Source: a virus
Lineage: Duplodnaviria > Caudoviricetes
Strand: one strand, 5' to 3'
Length of the DNA stretch: 64,000 bases
Virus record (IMG/VR): IMGVR_UViG_3300005546_000003
Span: 1-64,000 of that record
The position numbers were made by a program, and so were the translations under genes. The notes beneath the pieces are model-generated. The model saw nothing but the letters and a program-made list of their open reading frames with translations. It made no database searches and was not told the DNA's origin. This document shows positions 34,118-42,358 of the stretch, one piece after another; position 1 is the first letter of the stretch, and each line of letters begins with the position of its first letter.

Positions 34118-35335
34118 ATGCGCAACATGGCACAGACCCTAGAGTTTCCAGCCCAGCGCATCCAGACAGTTAGTGAAATTGCAGCCCAAGCTAAGTGGGC
34201 CAAATTGACCCAGGAGTTCCGTAAATGGTTCCATGAGCCAGATATAGGGGCTTTTCAGATAGCCTTGGCGGTTGCAGTTACGCATTATTTCAAGAAAGAT
34301 CAACCCGTTTGGCTCATGATTTTAGGAGCGCCAGGATCTGGAAAAACAACCATGATTAACATGATTGATGCTCTGGATGAGGCGAGACAGATTGATGACC
34401 TTACACCTAAGACCTTGCTAAGTGGCTTCAACTCTGGCAACTCTTTGCTGCATCGAATCGGTACAGAAGATGACCGGAGTGCTATCTTACTTATGCCCGA
34501 TTTTAGTACAATCGTCAGCATGAGGGACGATAGCAAGCGGGAACTGGCGAGCCAGTTTAGGCGGGTCTTTGACGGCAAGATGAACAAAGAGGTTGGGGTA
34601 GGCCGGAGCTTGGAGTGGGAAGGCAAGATTACGATGATTGTGGCGGCTACTCCGGCTGCTGAGAGAGCTTGGAGCGTTATGCGGGACCTAGGCGAGAGAT
34701 TTATGCAAGTCCGGTGGCCTAGAGGGGATGGGATTGAGCAAGCTAGGGCTGCTACTACACAAATCGGTGAGGAACAAGCTATAATGGAGCGCCTGCGCCG
34801 GATGACTAGAGATTTTGTTGACCTAGATTCAATGGCCAAGCAGATAGCTAGGGGGGAGATTTGCAAGACTCTGCCAGATGTGGTGGAGAGCGGGATAGCT
34901 CCAATGGCTGATATGGTGGCTCATTTGAGGGGGCATGTTCATAGGGATAGGTGGGACAAGGAAATACTGGAGGTTCAGGAGCCAGAAGGGCCAACTCGAA
35001 TCATGAAAGCCATGAGCCAACTAGCGAGGGCTAGTGCGGCTATGTTTCGGAGGGCTAATGTTGAGCGGAGCGACTTGGCCTTGGCTAAAAGGCTAGGGCT
35101 CGATTCGATACCCCAAGCTAGAAGGAATATTCTCAGCCATTTGCTCAGAGAGGAAAAGGGTTGGGCAACTCTAGTGCGAGCTACTGGCCTGCCGCCGACT
35201 AGCATGACGAAGAGTTGTGAAGATATGGTAGCACTGGGGATACTCAAGGTTGAGGATAAGGTCGAAAAGACCTATAGCCTCAGCGAGAAATTTGCGGAGC
35301 TTGTTGCTAAAGCGGCTCCGGTTTTGAATAGCTAA
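34118..35335 (+). CDS. AAA+ ATPase, MCM-like (candidate replicative helicase) with C-terminal winged helix
   Basis: GAPGSGKT Walker A, ILLMPDF Walker B variant, IVAATP sensor, ERFMQVR arginine finger, GPTRI sensor-2 region, C-terminal wHTH. Confidence 0.7.
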   Translation: MRNMAQTLEFPAQRIQTVSEIAAQAKWAKLTQEFRKWFHEPDIGAFQIALAVAVTHYFKKDQPVWLMILGAPGSGKTTMINMIDALDEARQIDDLTPKTLLSGFNSGNSLLHRIGTEDDRSAILLMPDFSTIVSMRDDSKRELASQFRRVFDGKMNKEVGVGRSLEWEGKITMIVAATPAAERAWSVMRDLGERFMQVRWPRGDGIEQARAATTQIGEEQAIMERLRRMTRDFVDLDSMAKQIARGEICKTLPDVVESGIAPMADMVAHLRGHVHRDRWDKEILEVQEPEGPTRIMKAMSQLARASAAMFRRANVERSDLALAKRLGLDSIPQARRNILSHLLREEKGWATLVRATGLPPTSMTKSCEDMVALGILKVEDKVEKTYSLSEKFAELVAKAAPVLNS

Positions 35336-35347
35336 AGGAGAAAGATT

Positions 35348-35764
35348 ATGTCAAGTGGAAAGTGGGTTTTACTGGGCATGGCAGTAGTAGTGCTTGTCAT
35401 TGGCCTTTGGGTACTCAATCGAACGGTCTTTGTTGGTACCTCGCTAGTAGAGAAAGCTACCGACCCCGACAAGATCATCAGCAACTACGAAGAATTCCAG
35501 ACCATCTGGAACACTTGCCAGAAACTTGACGCAGACTTAAAAACTATCTGCGACACACCAGACGCCGACCCGATGTTCGCTCAGTTCAGTAAAAGCGCAA
35601 TGGTAGCCCAGAAGCGTCAGAAGATGACTCGCTGGGTCCAGGAATACAATGCCAAGAGCAAGATGGTTACGAGGCAATACTGGAAAGCTGCTAAGCTGCC
35701 CTATCAGCTAAGTGAGGAGGACTTTCCCAACTACAACTGCAACAACAAAGGAGATGGAAGATGA
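35348..35764 (+). CDS. Membrane-anchored hypothetical protein
   Basis: N-terminal TM segment; AAGGAG RBS. Confidence 0.65.
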   Translation: MSSGKWVLLGMAVVVLVIGLWVLNRTVFVGTSLVEKATDPDKIISNYEEFQTIWNTCQKLDADLKTICDTPDADPMFAQFSKSAMVAQKRQKMTRWVQEYNAKSKMVTRQYWKAAKLPYQLSEEDFPNYNCNNKGDGR

Positions 35765-36369
35765 CGAAGCGGAAAACTTTTCTAACCCTGATGGCTATTG
35801 GGGTTTTGCTGCTGTTTACGGCGGCTTGGGGTGTAGGCTGTGCTGCCAGCCCCGAAGGGAACAAAACAGCGAAACAAGAACAGATTGAGACCGAGAAAAA
35901 CCAAACTCATCTAAACCAGGTTCAGCCTCCGCCGAAGCTCGACTGGTCCCTTGAGCGCGACAATCTCATCAAGCGATTCAAGCTACAGAACGACCGCGCT
36001 TTGAGCTTCTATATGTACGTGTTCATTGAGGGCGTCGCGCAACCTGTTGGTTATTACCAGATCAACAAGGTTAGCTCAGTTGACAGTCAACTCACCAATC
36101 CATCGCAGCTAATTCAGGATTGCTCATACAATGTTCAAGGCTGTGTTGACGGCGTCGTCGAGAGCCCCGCTGAAGATGGCAGCTACGGTACCAACGGTAC
36201 TGGCGTGTTTGGCTTTACTCCAGAAGATGTCTACATTGAGCACAACATGCACTATTTGGTCAGTACCATTCCGCTGACCTTTGCTCAACCTGTGGTGCGG
36301 CTGGCGGTGGTGGACACGGATGAAGCTCGGAAGATGCTTGAGGCCAGCAAGGCTGTGATGAAGAAGTGA
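35761..36369 (+). CDS. Putative lipoprotein
   Basis: Basic N-terminus, hydrophobic core, lipobox-like WGVGC; ATGA overlap. Confidence 0.6.
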   Translation: MTKRKTFLTLMAIGVLLLFTAAWGVGCAASPEGNKTAKQEQIETEKNQTHLNQVQPPPKLDWSLERDNLIKRFKLQNDRALSFYMYVFIEGVAQPVGYYQINKVSSVDSQLTNPSQLIQDCSYNVQGCVDGVVESPAEDGSYGTNGTGVFGFTPEDVYIEHNMHYLVSTIPLTFAQPVVRLAVVDTDEARKMLEASKAVMKK

Positions 36370-36390
36370 ACCGGGGGTTCAAGGTTAAAC

Positions 36391-36420
36391 TTGACATTAG
36401 CCAAGACGCTATGGTAGTCT
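36391..36420 (+). promoter_or_regulatory. Sigma70-like promoter
   Basis: TTGACA-18 nt-TAGTCT with TG extension; ATG 6 nt downstream. Confidence 0.6.
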
Positions 36421-36426
36421 TGGCCT

Positions 36427-37605
36427 ATGCCTTTTTTAATTGACAGATCGAGATTGCAGCGATACTATGATTGTCCACGAGCATTTTTCTGGCAATACCT
36501 ATATGGAGGCCTTGGAGTCGCCCCAGCCCGCACTAGCATTCCCCTCGTTGTTGGAGGGGCAGTGCATAAGGGACTTGAGCGATTGCTCCTTGGAGACCCA
36601 GAGGATGTGGCGGCAAGTAGTGCTGTTGGTGAGTTTACGGATCGCTTGGGCTCAGGTCTCGCACTTGAGCCAAGAGAGAATGCTAGCCAAGTCTATGCCG
36701 AGCAAGCTAGCTTGGTGGAGGGATTAGTTAGGGTTTATGCTAGGCGGGGGTTGCCGAGGTTATTGGAGGAATATGAAGTTCTTGAGGTCGAACGAGAGGA
36801 CAACTTGGAGGTTGCACCAGGGGTCATTCTTATGGCTCGTGCTGATGGCTTGTTACGCAAGTGTAGCAATGGTCAGCTATTCGTTCTTAGCTTCAAGACT
36901 GCCAAGCATTATACTAATCAGCATTCTAGCGACGGAAGCCATGATGTTCAGGGATTATCGGAATCGGCTATTATTGAATCACGGTTAGGCCAAGAAGTAA
37001 CCGGAACCTTAATGGTTTACTTGGTGAAAGGAGACCGAAGTGAATATCCACCGGACAGCGGAACATATATCCAGTCAAGTCCTCTTGTTCACCCTTGGGT
37101 GCGCAGTAGTGCAGGGGGTTCTGTTGGGGTTGGCGATCTTGCTCATAGCTTCAAATGGCGAGACACCACTGGGGGTCATACCTTAGGCAAAGGGTGGTAT
37201 AGGGGAAACATTGAAGACTACATGCCCATATCAGAATGGATCACCTTACTGGATGAGAATAAAATCCAGCCTGAGGCGGGCGATATTCTTGAATCGCTCA
37301 TTGTCCAACCGCCACCGTACATGCGCAGACGTTCCGAGGCGCAGGATTGGCTTGAGCAAACGGCGGGGCTAGGGAATAGGATTAAGCTAGATGCTGAGGC
37401 CTTGAGCTCAGAGCTAGGATTCAGGGACAAAGGCCATGCACTTAATGTCTTGTTCCCCCAGAACCGTCGGAGCTGTGACTGGCCTAGCAAGTGCCCGTTC
37501 CAAGATATATGCTTTGGGCCAGCAGGGGAGCCGCTAGAGAGCGGATTGTATAAGGAGAGGGAGCCACATCATGAACGAGAAATCGAGCAGGCAAAACGAT
37601 CCTGA
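36427..37605 (+). CDS. PD-(D/E)xK nuclease, Cas4/RecB-like exonuclease
   Basis: SRLQRYYDCPRAFFWQY, GGAVHKGLE, ARADGLL, SFKT, CDWPSKCPFQDIC. Confidence 0.82.
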   Translation: MPFLIDRSRLQRYYDCPRAFFWQYLYGGLGVAPARTSIPLVVGGAVHKGLERLLLGDPEDVAASSAVGEFTDRLGSGLALEPRENASQVYAEQASLVEGLVRVYARRGLPRLLEEYEVLEVEREDNLEVAPGVILMARADGLLRKCSNGQLFVLSFKTAKHYTNQHSSDGSHDVQGLSESAIIESRLGQEVTGTLMVYLVKGDRSEYPPDSGTYIQSSPLVHPWVRSSAGGSVGVGDLAHSFKWRDTTGGHTLGKGWYRGNIEDYMPISEWITLLDENKIQPEAGDILESLIVQPPPYMRRRSEAQDWLEQTAGLGNRIKLDAEALSSELGFRDKGHALNVLFPQNRRSCDWPSKCPFQDICFGPAGEPLESGLYKEREPHHEREIEQAKRS

Positions 37606-37765
37606 GCTTCGTTGTATTGAGTGCGGCTGGACTGGCGATTTTTACGAAACAAAAGGTACTACCGAGTGCCCAATTTGTTGGAATGATTATTGTATAGTGA
37701 CCGCCAATGAGCAGCAAACGTCGTCTACGCCGAAAGAGTTGCGAGGGCAAACAAAGATACAGTAG
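37571..37765 (+). CDS. Small zinc-ribbon protein
   Basis: LRCIECGWTG...CPICW. Confidence 0.55.
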   Translation: MNEKSSRQNDPELRCIECGWTGDFYETKGTTECPICWNDYCIVTANEQQTSSTPKELRGQTKIQ

Positions 37766-37879
37766 CATGGTGGATGCTACCAAACGAGCTAAGGCTGCTG
37801 CTTTGCACACCAAGTCACGCATTGGGCCTTATAAGTGTAGATTTGGTCGTCATTATCATATAGGACATAAAGGAAACAA

Positions 37880-38743
37880 ATGTTAACAAATCAAGCAATA
37901 ACCAGCCTGAGCTACGGAGCTAGCGGCACTTACAAGACAACAGCAGTGGGCCATTTCGCCCGCTACATTCACGAGAAGACTAAGAAAAAGACTCGCCTAA
38001 TAGCTAGCGACACCAACGTGGAGCCGATTCAGGATTACATAGATAGTGGCCTAGTTGAGCCAATCTTTCTAACCGAAAATCCAGACCTCCTTGGCTTCGC
38101 TGTGCAGCTCTGCCGGGGCTATTGGCCTAAAGATGGCAAGCTAGTAGCTGGCTTTGGAATGGAGGAAGTTGGAGGCTATGCTATGGAAGGCTTGACTAGC
38201 CTTAGTCAGCTCCTAATGACCCACTTTGCCCAAAAGGGTCAGAAGATTCAAGAGGAAGTAGTTGGGATGTTTAGTGAAGCTGGGGTTAAGTTTGGGGCTA
38301 ATCCTAGGTCTCACTATGGCTTTGTGCAGGGGCAGATATACAACATATTGACTGACCTCCGGGCTCTCCCAGTTGAGCGGGTCTTCATAACAGCTCATGA
38401 AGGAAAGGGGCAGGATGATTTTAGCAAACAGCTTGTTTATGGCCCAGCTGCTGTTGGCACGGCAGCTACTGCGCGTATCCCACCTTATGTCGGGGATTTG
38501 TTCCACCATGATATTGTTGAGGTGGGTAGCGGCTCTGCAAAGTCCATTGAAGTTAGGGCCTTCCTCCAGCCCCACCCAGACCCGCAGACCAAGGTAATGT
38601 GGCCTGCTAAGACCCGGCTGAGGCCTAGCATAGTGAAGCAGGTTATGGAGAGATTTCCAGAAGGATACATCAGGCTCGGGTTGGATTCTGGAATTGACCA
38701 ATACTTCAGAGTGCAAGATGAGATAAGGGAGAAGAGCAAATGA
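37880..38743 (+). CDS. AAA ATPase, Sak4-like recombinase
   Basis: YGASGTYKT Walker A, EGLTSL, FITAHE, YGPAAVG; sits between the exonuclease and SSB-like gene. Confidence 0.75.
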   Translation: MLTNQAITSLSYGASGTYKTTAVGHFARYIHEKTKKKTRLIASDTNVEPIQDYIDSGLVEPIFLTENPDLLGFAVQLCRGYWPKDGKLVAGFGMEEVGGYAMEGLTSLSQLLMTHFAQKGQKIQEEVVGMFSEAGVKFGANPRSHYGFVQGQIYNILTDLRALPVERVFITAHEGKGQDDFSKQLVYGPAAVGTAATARIPPYVGDLFHHDIVEVGSGSAKSIEVRAFLQPHPDPQTKVMWPAKTRLRPSIVKQVMERFPEGYIRLGLDSGIDQYFRVQDEIREKSK

Positions 38744-38991
38744 GCGTAGCCAAGACCTTTACTAAGGAAGAGTTCGAGCAAATGGTAGATGAGCGGCTTC
38801 TGGCTGTAAAGGGTAGAATGGTTACTGACATTATAATGAGTGTGGACAAGATTCTGCTAGAGCAAATCCGAGATGACCTTAAAGCGGAGGTTGAGCGCAT
38901 GGTGGTAATGCACACCCAAACAAAAAGTCTATGCCCACATTGTAATGAGATTGTCTCGATTACGCTGACTCCTTTGAAAGGATCAAAATGA
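38740..38991 (+). CDS. Hypothetical protein
   Basis: 83 aa, CPHC; ATGA overlap. Confidence 0.55.
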   Translation: MSVAKTFTKEEFEQMVDERLLAVKGRMVTDIIMSVDKILLEQIRDDLKAEVERMVVMHTQTKSLCPHCNEIVSITLTPLKGSK

Positions 38992-39260
38992 GCGCAACAC
39001 ACATCATAACCCCAAGCGGTAGCATAGCTTGCGGGGCTAGAGTAGTTCGGGGCTTCATGGAAGCTGACCTCTATCGGAGGCTCCGAAATGCCGATAAGCT
39101 ACCAACCCAGATCAAAACCTCCGTGCACCATTCCTGCGGCCACAGAGAGCTGGGGGAATGCTACAAAATCATCAGCGGCAAAAAAGAACTTGCAAATTGC
39201 CCGCGCAGGAGCTATACTTCGACTCGAATATGTCAAGCTTGTATTAGGAGAATTCACTAA
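38988..39260 (+). CDS. Hypothetical protein
   Basis: 90 aa, Cys/His-rich; ATGA overlap. Confidence 0.5.
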   Translation: MSATHIITPSGSIACGARVVRGFMEADLYRRLRNADKLPTQIKTSVHHSCGHRELGECYKIISGKKELANCPRRSYTSTRICQACIRRIH

Positions 39261-39294
39261 AGCGGAATCTTTTTTAGCTAAGAGAGGATATTGA

Positions 39295-39903
39295 ATGAGT
39301 AATATGGGAACTAAATCAGCCGCAGATATTAATAATCTGCAACTAGCTGACGAGGGCTTTGACCCTACAGCTAACCAGTATGCGGCTCCGAGGCCGCCGA
39401 CTCCAGGGATCTACCTAGCCAGCTTGGACTTCCGTGAGGAAGACCCCGAAAAGCGGTTCCGAATTATGCCATATAACAGCGAGAAGTACCCAGCCAAGGC
39501 TGGTACGGCTTATCTCAAGACCGAGCTTCTGGGCACGATTACCGAGGTTGGTAATGAGTTTGAAGGTCGGAAGGTCAGGGATCGGTTCATGAGCACCGGC
39601 ATCTTCAATAAGCCAACCTCTGGTGTGGCTAGTCTGTTGCTCACGCTTGGTGAGACTCTCCAAGGTAACGAAGGCCATCAGGAGCTAGCTAATATGCTCA
39701 GCAATATCTTGGCCGGAGAGCCCACGGTGCGAATCCGCACTGACTGGGAGTGGCAGGGGAGCAAAGAGGGTGGCTACCAGACCATCAAGGGATACAAGAA
39801 CTTCCCTGAGGTTAATGGAACGGTTAACCACATCGTCGAGGACGAGACCACAGGCGAGAAGTTTGCAGCCTATGGGATCATTACGGGCTACTTGATTAAC
39901 TAA
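39295..39903 (+). CDS. Putative single-stranded DNA-binding protein
   Basis: PTPGIYLASL N-terminus and beta-rich body, located in the exonuclease-Sak4 recombination module; inferred from context. Confidence 0.55.
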   Translation: MSNMGTKSAADINNLQLADEGFDPTANQYAAPRPPTPGIYLASLDFREEDPEKRFRIMPYNSEKYPAKAGTAYLKTELLGTITEVGNEFEGRKVRDRFMSTGIFNKPTSGVASLLLTLGETLQGNEGHQELANMLSNILAGEPTVRIRTDWEWQGSKEGGYQTIKGYKNFPEVNGTVNHIVEDETTGEKFAAYGIITGYLIN

Positions 39904-39915
39904 TGGTAGCATTGT

Positions 39916-40040
39916 GCCCCCATCCTTCTACAACGGACAAGGCTTTGGCACGGAATCGGCGGTCGCTCTGCCGCAAGGCAACGATCTAGAGGGATAAACC
40001 CGTGGTGGGTAGCGAGTGGTTGACCAAGAAGGATGGGGGC
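39916..40040 (+). ncRNA. Multi-branch structured RNA, unclassified
   Basis: Perfect 14-bp closing stem GCCCCCATCCTTCT/AGAAGGATGGGGGC; internal CACGG/CCGTG, GGTCG/CGATC, TGCC-GCAA-GGCA. Confidence 0.55.
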
Positions 40041-40047
40041 TACCTTT

Positions 40048-40156
40048 CTAGCAGGGTCGGGCCTGCTAGTCTGAGCTAGCCGAGGGCTTAACGAGACTTG
40101 GCCTAGAGCTCAGCTTAGAACTGAGAGCCGGATAGCTTCGCAGCCAGTCCGGCTTT
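40048..40156 (+). ncRNA. Run of stable hairpins
   Basis: CTAGCAGG/CCTGCTAG, CTGAGCT/AGCTCAG, AGAGCCGGA/TCCGGCTTT. Confidence 0.4.
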
Positions 40157-40169
40157 TGGTCCTAAGAGC

Positions 40170-40264
40170 TAGAGAGTAAGCAGTAGTTCAATTGGTTAGA
40201 ACGCTAGCCACTGAAGGTTTGACCTACTAGCATATCCGGTTCAAGTCCGGCTGCTTACTCTCTA
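40170..40264 (+). ncRNA. tRNA-like element (non-decoding)
   Basis: 14-bp acceptor-like stem TAGAGAGTAAGCAG/CTGCTTACTCTCTA, TA, D arm GTTC-AATTGGTTA-GAAC, CTAG/CTAG stem with a 19-nt loop, T arm CCGG-TTCAAGT-CCGG; no CCA. Confidence 0.7.
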
Positions 40265-40273
40265 CCTAGAGCT

Positions 40274-40346
40274 CGCCCCATTCCGCCTCCTAAGGACAAG
40301 AGGGATCAGGGGAGTGGGGCGTCCGGCATGAGGCCTGATCCCTCTT
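40274..40346 (+). ncRNA. Pseudoknotted hairpin
   Basis: 13-bp stem 40298-40310/40334-40346; loop GGAGTGGGGCG can pair over 11 bp (one G-U) with upstream CGCCCCATTCC (40274-40284). Confidence 0.5.
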
Positions 40347-40350
40347 AGAA

Positions 40351-40455
40351 TAGAGAGCCAAGACTGGAATCCTGCTAATAACTGCTCAGTGGGAAGTAAG
40401 TCCGCAAGTGAGTAAGCAGCACCTGAGCGGACGAAACTCCTTTACTTGCTCTCTA
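40351..40455 (+). ncRNA. Structured RNA domain, unclassified
   Basis: TAGAGAGC/GCTCTCTA closing stem; CTGCTCAG/CTGAGCGG and the alternative GTCCGC/GCGGAC pairing. Confidence 0.4.
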
Positions 40456-40463
40456 TTTTAAGC

Positions 40464-40617
40464 TCGTGGCATCGAATAAGTAGTGACGCTATATAAAATG
40501 GTTCGCCAAGGGGCAATCCCACGCGGCAACGAAAGTTGCGGAATGGTGGAGCGATAGCGAATGGCGCTCTGGCCTTGGAGGAGCAGGGTGGAGAAGCGGG
40601 ACTCCCTGCTGCCACGA
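40464..40617 (+). ncRNA. Ornate multi-branch RNA domain, unclassified
   Basis: TCGTGGCA/TGCCACGA, CCAAGG/CCTTGG, GCAA and GAAA tetraloop hairpins, GAGCG/CGCTC, AGCAGGG/CCCTGCT, possible pseudoknot CGCTAT/ATAGCG. Confidence 0.55.
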
Positions 40618-40623
40618 CAAAGT

Positions 40624-40720
40624 TGAGGTTGAAGGTTCGATAGGTAAGTAACTGCCTATTGGGGGGAGTTCTGGATTCTCTTGCGAGAACTTCTTTTTTT
40701 TTTAGGTTCCTTCAACCTCA
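40624..40720 (+). ncRNA. Structured element enclosing a terminator-like hairpin and U tract
   Basis: 12-bp stem TGAGGTTGAAGG/CCTTCAACCTCA around GATAGGTA/TGCCTATT and GAGTTCT/AGAACTT followed by a T run. Confidence 0.45.
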
Positions 40721-40723
40721 TTA

Positions 40724-40854
40724 TGACCCCCTTACAGGACGACTGCACTATCTATGGAGCGGCTGGGGTAAGAGGTACCTCGGTCCAGCCACTACTCCTA
40801 GCTAGGTACGCCGCTCGGCACTAGCGCAGAGAGGGACAGGTCCTGAGGGGGTCG
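40724..40854 (+). ncRNA. Multi-branch RNA domain, unclassified
   Basis: TGACCCCCT/AGGGGGTCG, CAGGAC/GTCCTG, GAGCGGC/GCCGCTC. Confidence 0.45.
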
Positions 40855-40864
40855 TCAAAAGGTT

Positions 40865-41185
40865 ATGAGTGAAACTTTATATACAACTAATGAGCTGATC
40901 CAGGTTCTTGAGTCTTCTTACATGAGGGATGTAATTGGGGGAAGTCCTTATATGAGAGGATATTCGGCTGGCATGACTGATCTTGCTAGAACTCTGGCAT
41001 TCAGGCTCAAGAACAATACAATTCGTGGAGTAGAGATTCCAAAGGAGACTCACCACCACACCCTATGTTGCTCAGGCTGGCCAGAGGAGATGGATTGTGA
41101 AGGAGTCTCAGAGAACTGTTCTTGTTTGACTGGGAAGGCTTCAACCTCGGGGCTATGTGCTAGATGTAGATTGGAGAAACTATGA
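40865..41185 (+). CDS. Hypothetical protein
   Basis: 106 aa, YMRGYSAG motif, Cys-rich C-terminus. Confidence 0.55.
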   Translation: MSETLYTTNELIQVLESSYMRDVIGGSPYMRGYSAGMTDLARTLAFRLKNNTIRGVEIPKETHHHTLCCSGWPEEMDCEGVSENCSCLTGKASTSGLCARCRLEKL

Positions 41186-41445
41186 TAAAAGTAAGTCAAC
41201 TACCAGATAACCCAAAAACTGGGGTAATGCTCTTATGTCCAGCAGGGCTAGAGGAATATTCGGCCAACCCAGATGACTACTGGCATCTTCCTCCAGATTA
41301 CATAATTCGGTGCGAGCACCACGGTGTTGAGCTGATATTAGTCCACAAGCAGACAACATGGGAAACAATTTCGCCAGCGGAGGCAAATCATGTCGAAGAC
41401 CCTAAATCGCACACAAGTGCGGACCGAGATAGCAAGACTGATTGA
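41182..41445 (+). CDS. Hypothetical protein
   Basis: 87 aa, ATGA overlap, GGAG RBS. Confidence 0.6.
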   Translation: MIKVSQLPDNPKTGVMLLCPAGLEEYSANPDDYWHLPPDYIIRCEHHGVELILVHKQTTWETISPAEANHVEDPKSHTSADRDSKTD

Positions 41446-41791
41446 TGTTCAATCAGAACGGGCCCAAACCTGGGAAGAATATTGGGCTATTCGAGACGCG
41501 GGGAAGCTCTTTAGGGCTTTTCTATTTGAGCATGAGCTACCATTAACTAAAGGAGACCTGTATGTTTCAATCTTTATCAGCCCGCGAGCTCGAAAGCCTG
41601 CGGCGGCTAAACGGAAGGCTAAACGTTCGACCGGCTCGCTCAGACAGAGTGAGCTATCAGAGTTTCGAGAATTTCACGCTGGCTCTAGTAAGGAGGAGGC
41701 AAACCTTGAGGGTAGGTGTAAGCAAAAGAAATCCAATCGACCGAGAAGATCCAGCAGTGGGCAAGCAGGTGGCGCTGGTGAGGGCTTATAG
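41390..41791 (+). CDS. Hypothetical protein
   Basis: 133 aa, GGAGG RBS, basic low-complexity C-terminus. Confidence 0.55.
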   Translation: MSKTLNRTQVRTEIARLIDVQSERAQTWEEYWAIRDAGKLFRAFLFEHELPLTKGDLYVSIFISPRARKPAAAKRKAKRSTGSLRQSELSEFREFHAGSSKEEANLEGRCKQKKSNRPRRSSSGQAGGAGEGL

Positions 41792-41813
41792 GGTTAGGGG
41801 GACGAGGATTTAG

Positions 41814-42128
41814 ATGGCTGATGAATCCCCAAGTACACGTTTGCGCTCCCTAGATGAGGACCACTTCTACTTTGACGGAGTGTTGATCGACCTAGTAATG
41901 CTCCGCCATATGAGAGACCGACTCAATAAGGGAGTTCCAAAAGGCCAGTGGAGAGACGTTCATGGGCGCAACTCCGCAGTTTACATGCTTGAGGTCTATG
42001 CTGGTGGACTAGCAGGTACTAATCACTGTGGAGATCTGGTGACACCCGAAAAGGTGGCTAAATACTTAAAGGAGTGCCACGCATTCAATCTACCAACGGG
42101 CTGGGAGGAAGAGAAGCAGATTCTATAG
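41814..42128 (+). CDS. Hypothetical protein
   Basis: 104 aa, GAGGA RBS. Confidence 0.6.
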   Translation: MADESPSTRLRSLDEDHFYFDGVLIDLVMLRHMRDRLNKGVPKGQWRDVHGRNSAVYMLEVYAGGLAGTNHCGDLVTPEKVAKYLKECHAFNLPTGWEEEKQIL

Positions 42129-42150
42129 CCCTATCCGCAGGGCTATAGTC

Positions 42151-42242
42151 GGCCAGTCGGGCAGCGCTCCTTGGCTGGAGAGCTCCCAACATAGGTAGCC
42201 TTTTAGCCTAAACGCAAAGACTGCCCATCGCATAGGCTGGTC
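42151..42242 (+). ncRNA. Candidate multi-branch RNA
   Basis: GGCCAGTC/GGCTGGTC and GGGCAG/CTGCCC nested stems with two inner hairpins; preceded by a 10-bp hairpin (42123-42148) and followed by a terminator. Confidence 0.4.
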
Positions 42243-42246
42243 TAGA

Positions 42247-42281
42247 GGGGGAGTGAGCTTCGGCTTGCTCTCCCTTTTTTT
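42247..42281 (+). terminator. Intrinsic terminator
   Basis: GGGGGAGTGAGC-TTCG-GCTTGCTCTCCC followed by T7. Confidence 0.75.
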
Positions 42282-42358
42282 GTGACTAGAAGCTGAGCTC
42301 TCACCGCGAGGGCTTGGAGACAGAAACAAGCCAGGTTAACCTTAAGGAGAACTGAAAG

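Noticed and set aside
40396-40440. Hammerhead ribozyme (GTCCGC...GCGGACGAAAC)
   Set aside because: The GAAAC half is present, but the required CTGANGA does not precede stem II.
42205-42230. c-di-GMP-I riboswitch (ACGCAAAG; a similar word occurs near 49870-49885 on the minus strand)
   Set aside because: No GGCAAAC...GAAA P2 arm in the required arrangement.
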